Of a DNA stretch of 47,036 bases, positions 25,211-36,196 are shown one piece after another; positions within the stretch are counted from its first letter, which is position 1; every line of letters starts with the position of its first letter. The notes under the pieces are model-generated. The model was given only the letters and a program-made list of their open reading frames with translations, was not told the origin of the DNA and did not search any database. Source of the DNA: Basidiobolus meristosporus CBS 931.73 (Eukaryota; Fungi; Basidiobolomycota); assembly GCA_002104905.1 (NCBI GenBank), contig MCFE01000678.1, positions 1 to 47,036 on the forward strand, read 5' to 3'. A program made the position numbers and the translations under genes.

Positions 25211-27080
25211 TCACACTTGGGTTTCAGTGATGATTGGTGGATCATCATGAAACAGTATCAGATGGGTTGGTGCTACATTGCTGATTGTCTTATTGCTCAG
25301 GGTGATGGTGTACTTTGGCCCATGGTCCAAACTAATAACGGTGTAAGGGCCAATATATTGGGGTGTAAATTGTGGGCAAAACTTGAGGCCTGCAACAGTT
25401 TGATTGTACCACACTTTATTGCCTGGTTTCCATTTTTGTCCCATTAGTTTCTCATTTTTGGGTGGAGGGGGAAGGTGCTTGTTGACATTTTTGAATACTT
25501 TTATGTATAGGTGGGTGATACAGTGTATCAACCTTACTACATAGTTGTTATGTGTTGTCAAGGGAGCACCTTCCATCATCAATCCAGCTTCTTCACGCCA
25601 CTTGGGCCTTTGTCCATACAGAACTTTGTACAGGGAGAAACCTGTTGTTTTATTTGGTATTGTACGCATTGCTAGGAGTGTCAGTGGGAGTAGCTTGGCC
25701 CCTGATTGGGAAAGTTCCCAGTGGAGCTTCTCTAGTACGTGGCAACATGTCTGGTTCATCCTCTCAGTTAATCCATTCGTCTGGGGGTGATATGCAGCCA
25801 TGAAGACCTGTTTCACACTCATCATTTTGCACAAAGGGGCCACGGTGTGGTGGTGTATAGGTCCAAGGGAGAGATACGTCCAACACTTCTTAAGTGTTTT
25901 GTGTGTGGGGTGTTTGCTGGGTGCAATAACCTCTGGCAAAAGCTTGCTAGGAATACTTAGGTTTTGTTTCTAATCTGATGTGAAGGGGAATAAAGCCACA
26001 AGCTTGTCAAGGGAAAACTATTGAGCTACAATCCCCAACTTAGTTGGCGTCTTGACAAAAGTATGTGCTGGGTTCAGTGTCCTTTGAGATGACAATGTAC
26101 TAAAGCTTCCAAAGTCAAAATAACTGTAAACTCCACCAGCAGGGACTTGATAAGAATGCAGCTGTGGTCAATAGTTACAAAGACAGAAAAGTATCTTTGC
26201 CTGTACAAGAACAAACTTGGGAAAGAATCAAATATAATAAAAGATACCTACGCTGAGTATTTCTCACAAGTAGTGCCTCCAAGGTCAGTTGGCTATCAGT
26301 GTGGTTCCTGGGAGTGTCCTGTGGTCTAGGGTTGGAAGTTCAGGTAGCAGCAGGTAGCAGTGATCACACTAATCAACAAGTCGGTATATTGATAAAAGGG
26401 ATGATGATTTATTGTTGAGGGATAGCCTCCCCTATATACTTTTCTTACTGGCTAAGTGATTACTAATCATGGTGTTCCAGAAGGTAGCGGATATCAATAG
26501 AAATCTTAATGACATCAGAATGACCTAAGAATGTTCTAAGTAGGTGCCGGAAGGTTCTAAGCGGCACAGCACATCCAACCAATCAGGAATCAGTATTCTG
26601 AAACCTGTGTAACATGAGGATACCATATATGGTATAGAAATGGTAGAGATGGTGACACGGGTTGATCATATGTCACGGGTACTGGTGTGGGTACTTGCCT
26701 AATATAGAAGTAGTTATAGCTAGTAATCTTACATAAGGTGAGGGGTAACTTATGCAATAAGGTAAGCAGGTGTGATAGTCAACTGGCTTATGGGATGGTA
26801 CTGATTGGGTAAGACAAATGGGATAAAACTAAAAAAAGTGTAGTGGAGATATAAGGAAGTAGAAAATAAGTGAATGAGCACATTTGTCAGTGGGTGTCAC
26901 TGTCACCCCACTACAACAGTGTTGTTCAGGAAGGAGCCACTAATGTTGGACAGGAGTATCTGAGGATATCCATGCCGGCAGATGAGGTGTACTAGAATGA
27001 ATTGGGTGGTTGTCTTCTGGTCTTTATTTTGGATGGCTTGGGCTTCTACCCACTTTGAGAAATAATTGGTAGAAATTATT
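25211..27080 (-). pseudogene. Gypsy D integrase core and C-terminus, split by a solo LTR
   Basis: ISTNYFSKWVEAQA...LICRHGYPQILLSN...SFLNNT|VAPLCK...YHPQTNGLTERMNQ...YIGPYTV. Rejoins in frame when 25846-26919 is removed. Confidence 0.93.
25846..26915 (-). repeat. Gypsy family C solo LTR (1070 bp), TSD ACGG/ACAG
   Basis: About 95% identical by eye to 21974-23044. Flanks are ACGG (25842-25845) and ACAG (26916-26919). Confidence 0.96.
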
Positions 27081-27263
27081 AGACTTGTTCCGTTGGATAG
27101 TGCCACATAGTGACAGCCTGTTTATAGTGCCGGATTGATCTGGCACCCTACGGCACTATCTGGCACTATAATTTCTACCATGATGCCAGTGGTATGATAC
27201 AGTTACTGGTAATTTTACTCAATCTTACTTATGTTGCTCAGAATAGTGCTTTCCTTGCTTTAT

Positions 27264-28148
27264 TTACTCTTCATAATGCTCCAGACACATTTCTCTCAGT
27301 GGATGTCTTCTTGTATGAACATACTGTGCATTAATAAGTATCTTAACTATTTTACCTATTCTGCTGTTTTCTCCTATATATGACTTTCCTCTGTATTTAC
27401 CTGCCAATATGCTGAATCTCTTCAGATATCCAAATGTGTGCTCTACCCTTACTCTGAAATGATTAAATATCTCATTGTAGAGCTTCTGCTTCCTGCTAAG
27501 CACACCATTCCTTGGCTTCCTATAAGCTGTAATACATCCTAATCTCTGACAATCCTCTCCTATATAGGCTAAGTCTGCCATACATTTCTCCCCTCTACTG
27601 AATTCAGGATGATTCTCTACCCAGAGTGCTTTGTCATGCCTACTTCCAGCAAATGGCCCACTAAACCAGATGATGTTACCCTCAATGTCAGACAGCGCTT
27701 GAAACTTCACACAGTGTGCCTTGTACTTGCCAGAATAAAAGTGCCTCTGCCCTCTAGAAGGTCTGTTAATCCTCACTGGGAAGGTATCCAAAATACTCCT
27801 TATATGGAACCTGTTGCTGAACACTCTGGGATATGGAAGTCTTTTGGAGCTTCTGAACCTAGTATTCCAAGCTTGCTCTAAGTCATTCATCCCCTCTGCA
27901 AGGTGGTTCTCCATTGCTGTCAGCTGGGAATGAAAGCTTCTAGGACTTTTGTTGCCATGGATGGTGGGATGAAACCTTGTGGGGCAATAGTTCTTGTAAT
28001 AGCAGAGAAGCTTAACAAGGGATCTCCTTGAGTAGATTGGGGTTGATGGTCCACAGTACTTGGTATAGATCTCCTCCAGTGTGTCAAAAGGAAATCCAGT
28101 GGTAGTGATGGGATTGATGAGAAAAGACCATTCAGATGAGTAAGTCAT
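27264..28148 (-). CDS. DDE transposase (DDE_Tnp_4/Harbinger-IS5-like), 294 aa, open
   Basis: ILDTFPV, FYSGKYKAHCVKFQ, GPFAGSRHD, ADLAYIG, RVRVEHTFGYLKRF. Confidence 0.92.
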   Translation of the reverse strand: MTYSSEWSFLINPITTTGFPFDTLEEIYTKYCGPSTPIYSRRSLVKLLCYYKNYCPTRFHPTIHGNKSPRSFHSQLTAMENHLAEGMNDLEQAWNTRFRSSKRLPYPRVFSNRFHIRSILDTFPVRINRPSRGQRHFYSGKYKAHCVKFQALSDIEGNIIWFSGPFAGSRHDKALWVENHPEFSRGEKCMADLAYIGEDCQRLGCITAYRKPRNGVLSRKQKLYNEIFNHFRVRVEHTFGYLKRFSILAGKYRGKSYIGENSRIGKIVKILINAQYVHTRRHPLREMCLEHYEE

Positions 28149-28600
28149 ATTAAAATTGATGGATGATCGTATAAAGGTGGTTTGAATTGATTCGGCGCAA
28201 TCTGTGTTATTTATCTGATTTTTAACACATTTTGGTTAAATCTCCATCAATTGCCATGTATCCCATCATTATGTCGCAAAAATTATCCGCAAACAATGCC
28301 TTGGTACTTTTATTGATGCTTTAATCATAGGTCTATAATCAAATAGGAAATCTGCAATTGATGTGATCTGATCCGTGTCAACGCGATCCAAGATGCATCA
28401 TGCATAATATATGGAAAATTCAACAATCACTTTAGTTTTCATATATATTTCATATGAGACCAGGTTGATGCCAATATACTGCTGTATAAGTATCCAAATC
28501 CGTTGCTATAGTCCCCATACCAAGCCTCAACTCATCTTTAGTACAACCCAGACAAAACCCATCCCCCAGCTCACAAGCGCGGTCCAGACCGGAAAAGTCC

Positions 28601-29767
28601 ATGTCGGATCCATTTGAGTTCTTGCCAAATGATTTTAGTATGGCCCAAGTGTCTATGATGAGCCTTCATACAGATATTTGGGCACTACTGATTAATCTAG
28701 CAGAACTAGATACCTCAGAGAGTCAACAAAGATGGAAGAATTTGAGTAGAAAGCTGTGGCATGAGTTCTACATCAAGATGCCAGCCAATGTATGTAAAAA
28801 GATATATAACAAGACAAGTATTGAAATCAAGAATGAGCTGAGAGTGAGGGGATTTGACAAAGAAGCCGCGCGGGAATGATTTTGCACGCAATTTGCACAG
28901 TACGGGCCGGACGCGTCTGTTTGTGCCTCAGCTTTGGGAACCAAAGAGATTTTGAATGAGTTTTTGCCTCAAATGACTAATGTACTACGTGATATATTAG
29001 TAGAGCTAAGTGGCTTCTGAGAGCAATATACACAGGACTCATCCAGGCAACAGCTCCAAAGTATCAGACAGAGGGTAAGTGAATACCTTGAGGAATCAGA
29101 TGGCGAGCTTCAGGAGGAAGAATACAGACCGCAAGCAACATTGTCCAGATCACGCCAGCATGCCTCGCTGGATTCCCGACCATCTCTTGCAACCACAGCG
29201 CGCCAGCGCATGTCAGTCCAGAGTACGCCAACACCCTTTACCAGAACGCCCCACGTCAAGTCAACACGCATTGAGTCAACGCGCGCCGGGTCAATGCGTG
29301 CGCTTCAGAGCAAAACTACAAGAACTTGCCAAACTGCTCATTTAGACACAAGTCCATTGGAGCGGACCAAGTCGTGTCAACATGCGGCATCACATCAAAC
29401 TCAGCCAAGGGCCATCTCAACGTGTCAAGGCGCGCCTGCGCGTGCCGTCTTGCCTGACCATCAGCAAGTTACTTCTGGTGAACTGACTGATGATGACCAA
29501 CATGAAGTGCCTCAACCACCGGGGCCCTTGGCAAGTAAAAGAACGCGTCAGCGCGTGGCACTACAGGCCGGTTCAGTTGGTTCAGTCGGAGCGATTCAGC
29601 ACGGCCAAGCTGCAGCATTGCACTCATCAACTAGGAGGCAAAATACTGACTACAAATACACAAGTAGCCAAGATGAAAGTCAGCCAGGAAGTAGTATAGG
29701 TGTGCAAAGTGAGTCACTACCAAATGCTTCAGTAGTAATCCCTGTGAGAAAAAAACCCAGAAGATGA
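28601..29767 (+). pseudogene. Transposon ORF2 (388 codons), divergent from the transposase, broken by two in-frame TGA
   Basis: ORF-track pieces 28601-28879 and 29141-29767 share one frame. The only stops are TGA at 28877 and 29018, both compatible with CGA>TGA. Ends in a basic NLS-like VRKKPRR. Confidence 0.8.
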
Positions 29768-30509
29768 TGCAATCGCTTTGAATTGCTCACATTTGTAATG
29801 ATCCCAACAACCCTTTTTTTTGCAATCCGAATCAAGCCATTGCAAATCAGTGATCATCAAATTTTTGATATAAGTAATATCAAGGTTGTCTCACATTTGA
29901 GACAGAACCCCTATAAATAAACACCCTGCATATATATACGTCATCTGTACTACCAGTGCAGCTATTGGATCTGTTTTGCACCTACACAATTGCTTGCGTG
30001 CTAGCTATGACACCTTGTCCAATCATTAGGATCAGGGATTTACTTGCTCAATTGGCAAAATGGGATATTTAATGGCAAATCAGGTAGCTTTTTCAGTAGT
30101 CAATGAGCCAGTTGGGGGCTGCCAGCTTCAGGATACTTTTGGACCAATTAACCACTGAGATACCGTCCAATTGGAGTGAGGGTAACCAAAATGGTAAGTA
30201 TCAGTGTAGTTTATAGTGTGATACACATATATTTCCATTTACATTAAAGAAACATATCCAAATACCGGATTTTACCTGCCATTATAGTGGTATCCAATTG
30301 TGCACGTGATGCAAACATTACAAGTTGGCACAATCATCCGCGCCAACCTCATTGTGTCAGATTGTGCCATAGTGTGCAAGATTGTCCCGCATAGTGCGAA
30401 ATCATCTAAGAACGATCCTGCCTTCTGGTAGCTGTAATATCGCGCCCAATTGTTCTTTGCGACCGCGGATTGCGCCGCGCGCCCTGGCACGGTACAATGG
30501 AACAAGTCT

Positions 30510-33304
30510 ATTATGTATTGTTCTCCTTTCTTTGTTTTCATAAAGGGGCCAACAAAGTCAATCCCTACCCAATGGAAGGGTAGGTCAAGCAGTATTGGTG
30601 TGGTTGTCCCTATCTTCTGACTCTGTTTAAATTTTTTGCAGGTGATGCATCTTTGTGATGTATTCACAACATTGGTCATCATTTTCTTCAATAAAACATC
30701 TTTCTTAACATCTTGTATGTTATTGGGGGTTAGCATGTCCTAATGACATATGTCTTTCTTGTATGATTTCTTTGCAAGCAGTTACCAGGGGTACCTTGAC
30801 TCTGAACTGTCCTTGGAGGAACTTTAATTGGTTTTCTTGTACTTTGTGGTGACACCATTTCTTTCAAAAGTCTGGCTTCTGTTTGTTTGTAATGACATGT
30901 TTGGGATACTTCCCTCTTCTTTTAAAGCAGATTATGTCCTCATAGTCATTGCTGACGCATACTTGGCAAACAGGATAGCAACTGAGGAAGTCTGCATCTT
31001 GGTGTTTCTTGCCAGCATGATGAATTATTTTGAAGTTGTATTCTTGCGGTTGGAGGGCCCAATGTGTTAGTTGACCAGTAAAGTCTTTAGTTTTCATCTG
31101 CCAGACCATTGCACTGTGGTCTGTTACTATTGTGAATTGGCAACCATTTATGTATATATGGAATTGTTTAATTGAATAAATAACAGCCAGACATTTTATC
31201 TTGGTAATGGGGTAGTGATGTTTGTGTTTGTTTAGCAAATGGCTCACATAACCAATTGGGTGGAATTTGCTGGGTTGGTGGTATTGTCTCAGTATGGTGC
31301 CTATACCAGTGAGACTTTCATCACAGTTAATAAAAAATCTTGCATCCCAATTGGGAAAACATAACACAGGCGGTGATGTCAGGGAATGTTTCAGCTGATC
31401 AAATGCTCACTTTTGAGGCTCTGGCCACACAAAATACTGGCCTTTTTGTGTCAACTTGTATAGGGGGGCTGCTATTCTTGTGAAGTTTTTGACAAAGCAA
31501 CAATAGTAGCCAGCTAATCCTAGAAGTCCCAACACTGCATTGATATCCTTTGGTGCTGGTGTATCTTGAATGGCTTTCAGGAGTAAAGTAGATGGGTATA
31601 TCCATCTGCCAAGATCTTGTGGCCCAGGAACAGCAATTTTGTATGCAGGACATGGCACTTCTTGGGATGTAGTTTGAGTTGGTTCTCAAGGAGGGCTGTC
31701 AGGATACATTGCATGTCAAGTATATGCTCTTCTACATTGGGGGAATATATTGTGATGTTGTCCAGATACACAAGAGCGCATTCCTATTGTAGATTTCCTA
31801 GCACCTTGTTGATCATCCTTTGAAATGTAGTGGGGGCATTGCACAAGCCAAAGGGTAGGTGGTTCCATTTGTATAATCCAAACAATGTTATAAAAGCGGT
31901 TTTGGGCTGATCTTCTGGGGCTACTTCTACTTGCCAATACCCGGAGGTTAAGTCAAGAGAGTTAAAATATTTAGCTCCAATTAATCTGTCCAAGTGGTTG
32001 TCTATTTGTGGTAGCAGATACATGTCCTTCTGGGTGATGGCGTTCAATTTTTGGCAGTTGATGCAAAAGCTTTGCTTTCTGTCTATCTTTGGGACTATGA
32101 CTATGAGGGAGGCCCACAGAGACTGGCTCTCTGTAATGATGTTGTCTTTTAATAAGGTTTCAATTGTCTCTTTGATATAGTTGGTGTCAATCTTTGAATT
32201 CCTATAGACTTTTTGCTTGATGGGGTATTTGTTGGCAAGGTGGATTTGGTGATATACCCCAGGTATATGACCAATTACTTGGCTCTTAGAGAACACTTGG
32301 GCAAGCAGGCGTATTCCTTCTGGGAACTTGTCTTGTAATGCAGGCGGTGGACTGGGGTCCACATCTAGTTTGGGGAGTTCTTCTTCTGGTTCCTTGTTTG
32401 GGGGTGGTCCTTGGCTGTTTCCGTTGACTTCCTCTAGGTTTAACAATGGCACTCCTCTAGGCAATGTCACCATGTGTTGCCTGTTGTTAACCACTAAGCA
32501 CTTCAGACTTTGCATTTCAAATTTCAGTGGTATCCATACTTTGGGGATTCAGATTCCTTCCAGTTGCTTGGATGCCTTTGCTGAGGTTATCATTCTTCCG
32601 CTTGTCAAATAAGCTATTGGTGTCTCTAATGAGATCACCATCTCACTGGCAGGTGGTATTTTTATTACCTTTTGTGTGATGATTGGAGACTGCAATGGTT
32701 TCACCTCTTCAATTGTCACACTGTTGCTACATGCCTTGCTCTCATTGGTGACATGAATCAGTGGGATACTCTTGGTATCCCATCCAAGTTCAGATGCACT
32801 GTAAAGTATATCCATCTTATGCTAGATAAACCAACTCTCACCAATGAGTAGGTTGTTTGCTGCAATGGGTAGAACCACAACATCTTGATGTATAATCAAG
32901 TTGCCTAGCCAGATGGGGCAATTAGGCACCACTCCTACTGTTATGTCCAGTTGGTCATTTGCTAGCCATACCCAAATGGTGTTGTTGGGGACTATATCTA
33001 ACTTTAGATGTTTTGCTAATGATTCTGACATGATCAACGTGGAGGATCCTGTGTTGATAAGGGCTAGAATTTCCTTATTCTCTATACCTACCTTTATGTA
33101 TGTACCTTTATTCAGTTTTTGCAGGACTGTCTGGTTGACATGAAGGGTTGTTATCTCCTTGAATCCCTCTATCAGCTCCTTGACTAGAGCCAGGGCCAGT
33201 CCCAGTAAATTGGTTATTGGGAGGGTTGCCTTGGTTTGCTCTTGTACCTTCATTATGGGGAATAGGCCATGGGAAGATGTACTAGCATTCTTTGTTTGTT
33301 TCAA
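30510..33304 (-). pseudogene. Gypsy D pol: protease, dUTPase-like spacer, RT, RNase H, integrase N-terminus
   Basis: EILALINTGSS; SLWASLIVIVPK; YFNSLDLTSGYWQV; PFGLCNAPTTFQR; YLDNITIYS; FFINCDESLTGIG; FTIVTDHSAM; PFHWVGIDFVGP. Many stops and frameshifts. Confidence 0.95.
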
Positions 33305-34330
33305 TACTTCTTCCCAAGGCTCATTCTGTACCTCTTCACCTAATTCTGTGTTCTTTCCTTTTGATGGAACCTCTACTACAGGTTCCTTTGCCTCCTCTCT
33401 AGAAGCATAATGTCAACGCTTCTTCTTCTGTACTTTGACTGTTCTGACCAGAGGGCTTAAATTGACTGAGTCCCATTGGCCTCCTGGCAAGGGACTCTGT
33501 CTTTTGATGCCTTCTTCTCTTTTGTGTCTGGTACAGGTTCTTGTCCATACCGTTTCTCACATTTGTGGGCTTGGTGGCCTACTTCTTCACATACATAACA
33601 CTGATACTGTTGTTGCAGTTGTTCCATCTGTTGGGTCAGGGCTTGTACCTGGGCCTTTAAATCTACAACAGCTTCCCAGAGTTTATCACCTTCTTTGGGG
33701 ACTTCTTGGACATTGTTGATTGAGAGTTCTTGGACCTCTTGCCATAATTCCTGTAACTCATGGTCTTTTGGGGAGGCAATTTTTCCTTTCTTAAGGGGGA
33801 TCCCTGTCCTTTGATCATTTGAATCACTATAGGGTTGACCCATAGCAGGATGCCCCTTGTACTTGTTCAACCAACTCTGGCAATGTTTTACATCCCTGTT
33901 GTTCTTTGGATGCCGTATGTCTTATTTTTTCATCTAAGCCCATGATGTAATACCTCATGAGCTGTTGTTTGGCAATTTTGTCCTTTGGGAGATATCAAAC
34001 TTGTTGGAGAAACAGTTCAGTGTAGGCTTCATAGCTCTCACTGCTTTTCTTCTGTGAGGACAGTAAAAGGGCTTTATAGTGGTATCCTTTGGCATATAGA
34101 AAGCATGTCTGGTAGACTTCTTCTAGTGCATCCCAGTCATCTATAACTGTGTCTTCCAACCCATAATGCCATTGCCATGCTGACCCTTCCATATGTCTTG
34201 CAAACTCCCTTACTTTCTTATTGTTGTCCCATCCTGCATCAACCGCAACTCTCTCTCACTTATCAAACCACTCAAGGGCTTTCTCTCTCTTTCCCTTGTA
34301 TGTTTTTAGTTTGATTGTAGTAGTCATTAC
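33305..34330 (-). pseudogene. Gypsy D gag with CCHC zinc knuckle
   Basis: MEGSAWQWHY...DWDALEEVYQTCF; CYVCEEVGHQAHKC. Confidence 0.88.
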
Positions 34331-34742
34331 CTCACTTGTGCTTATTTCCGCAGAGACAGCACCAAATATGTGAGTTATTACTGACTGTACTTGGTGAGTG
34401 TGAGAGCTTGTAGGTCAAGTTGGTACCACTTGGCTCAGAATAGCTTCCAATAGAAGGTAGCAAGGTAATAAAGACTTGTGTTTATTTTGTCCAAATCCTC
34501 TTGTCCTCTCACTTGGTTCAATTGGGTAGATATATATCACTTGGGGGGCTTAGATAATAGTCAATGTGTTATAAAATAGGGGTGTGAACACCTTCCTGTT
34601 ATGGTAAGTGTTCTAACTAGATAAGGGCAGGGATAGGAGGGAGGGCATGTGGGGGAATCATAGGGAGGATACTGGAGGACTATGGGTAGGACTCTGGGGA
34701 GAACTCTTGGGCAAAGAGTGGGTACTGCATTTAGTACTCACA

Positions 34743-35259
34743 CATTCTTCTCCCATGACAATATCCTAAAGGCCTCTTTCTTGTAGCAGCATCTTCATCT
34801 TCACCTTCCACACTTGTTAGTTAGATCCATCTAACTTTTCAACAGAGGGGAAAGTTCCAGTAATAGCAGTGGTAGACATTGCAGAGAGTGATAGCTTGGG
34901 GCTCATAACCTGTTGCAAGAGTCTTTGAGATATTGGAAGTGATTGGGAGGACAAGTAGATTATGTGGTTTTCACTTAATGATTTATTGAATGTAAAAGTA
35001 GTATTTATACTTTTACATGATCTTGGCACTACAAACTTGTATAATAGGCTCAGGAAGGTCCCAAGAATATGAGTGCAAAGTTTGGGGCTGTTAGGACAAC
35101 TTTGAGAATATTAATGTTCTGGGTACCTGGTATTTTGGTGAAAACATTCTAAGTAATTCCCAGCAAGGAATTTGGTTAGTATACTCTAGGATTTGAAGGT
35201 AATGATCTAAGTGACTAGGTTAGGTGAGCATTTAGGTGGAATTACAAATTTTTACAACA
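34743..35259 (-). mobile_element. Copia family E 5' end: LTR 34911-35259, half-tRNA PBS 34899-34910, gag start
   Basis: LTR TGTTGTAAAAA...TTGCAACA followed by GGTTATGAGCCC. Gag reads MSTTAITGTFPSVEKLDGSN*QVWKVKMKMLLQERGL*DIVMGEE. Confidence 0.9.
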
Positions 35260-36196
35260 GAGGCTACTTCTCCTACACCTTTGAGGGGCACTCATCTGCT
35301 ACACCAGCATCTCAAGGCCTCTATTGTATGGCAGAGTGTTCATCTTTAACATTTTAATAAAAGTATTCCAAGTACATTCCAACAGGGAATTTGGTCAGAA
35401 CTCTATAAGATTTCTAGGCAATGATCTAAGTTGCTATGTAGGGTTAATACATAGGGGTAATCAAAAAGCTCACAACAATATCATCCAAGCAATGAATTAG
35501 AAGGTTGCAAATTTTTACAACTAAAAGTGGTGGATATCCAGTTGGTTTCAACTGAAACTCAATATACATTGCACAAGACTACTTCAGCTCTGCATTAGAG
35601 GGGACTGATGGCCTGGAACTTCTTATAGCCCTTGAGCTTCAGCTTGTAGGTCAACTTGACAAAAATTCAGGTGGGTATTCTGGTTTACAAGATAGGAAAG
35701 TCAGGCAAAGTCTAAGGATGGTTAACAAGAGAGGTTTCAGGTGTATGGTGGCAATCATGTGTTAAAACAAGATGTTATTTGTGAGCTTCTCTTCCAAAGT
35801 ATGGTTGTAATCAAGATGCTGTTGATGATATTGTGATAGAATTTGAAAGTGATGTTATGCTTTGTTACACCATTTGATCACTTGTTTGAAGTCTGAGGAG
35901 ATACAATACATGCTTTGGATTGGATAAGATTGTTATTGTAACTGTACAAAGTCAGACAACAAGGGAACAATAACTGCTACCATCTACCAACCACATACTA
36001 ATAGATATCTCGATCCAGCTTGTTAATATTTTGGAAAGAATTTGTTGTATCTATCAGTTATATGGTAATTTTGTCCGCACAATATTTCAAATAGCAGCTC
36101 TGACTGTGACAAAGGAACTAATGGATTAGAGTTTAGTTTATTTATAGAAATTATAAATACACAATGGTAAATACTGCTCTTACTCCGATCTATAAT

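Larger units (their letters stand above)
27081..30509. mobile_element. PIF/Harbinger-IS5 (PHIS) type DNA transposon, 3429 bp, full length
   Basis: TIRs AGACTTGTTCCgTTGgAtaGTGCCA and AGACTTGTTCCaTTGtAccGTGCCA (reverse complement). ATT at 27078-27080 and 30510-30512. Excision restores integrase QYIIISTNYF. Subterminal at(a/t)gtgcc repeats at both ends. Confidence 0.93.
23497..34742 (-). mobile_element. Gypsy family D element, complete outline (LTRs 34369-34742 and 23497-23871), with two nested insertions; defective
   Basis: LTR pair roughly 90-95% identical by eye. PBS TGGTGCTGTCTCTGCGG follows a TATT spacer. Order: gag with CYVCEEVGHQAHKC, protease (INTGSS), RT (YLDNI), RNase H, integrase, then an extra ORF region. 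Confidence 0.95.

Noticed and set aside
25211-25939. 242-aa ORF that looks like an N-terminally novel integrase
   Set aside because: The first ~31 codons are the end of solo LTR C read into the broken integrase from a TTG. It is a chance in-frame junction.
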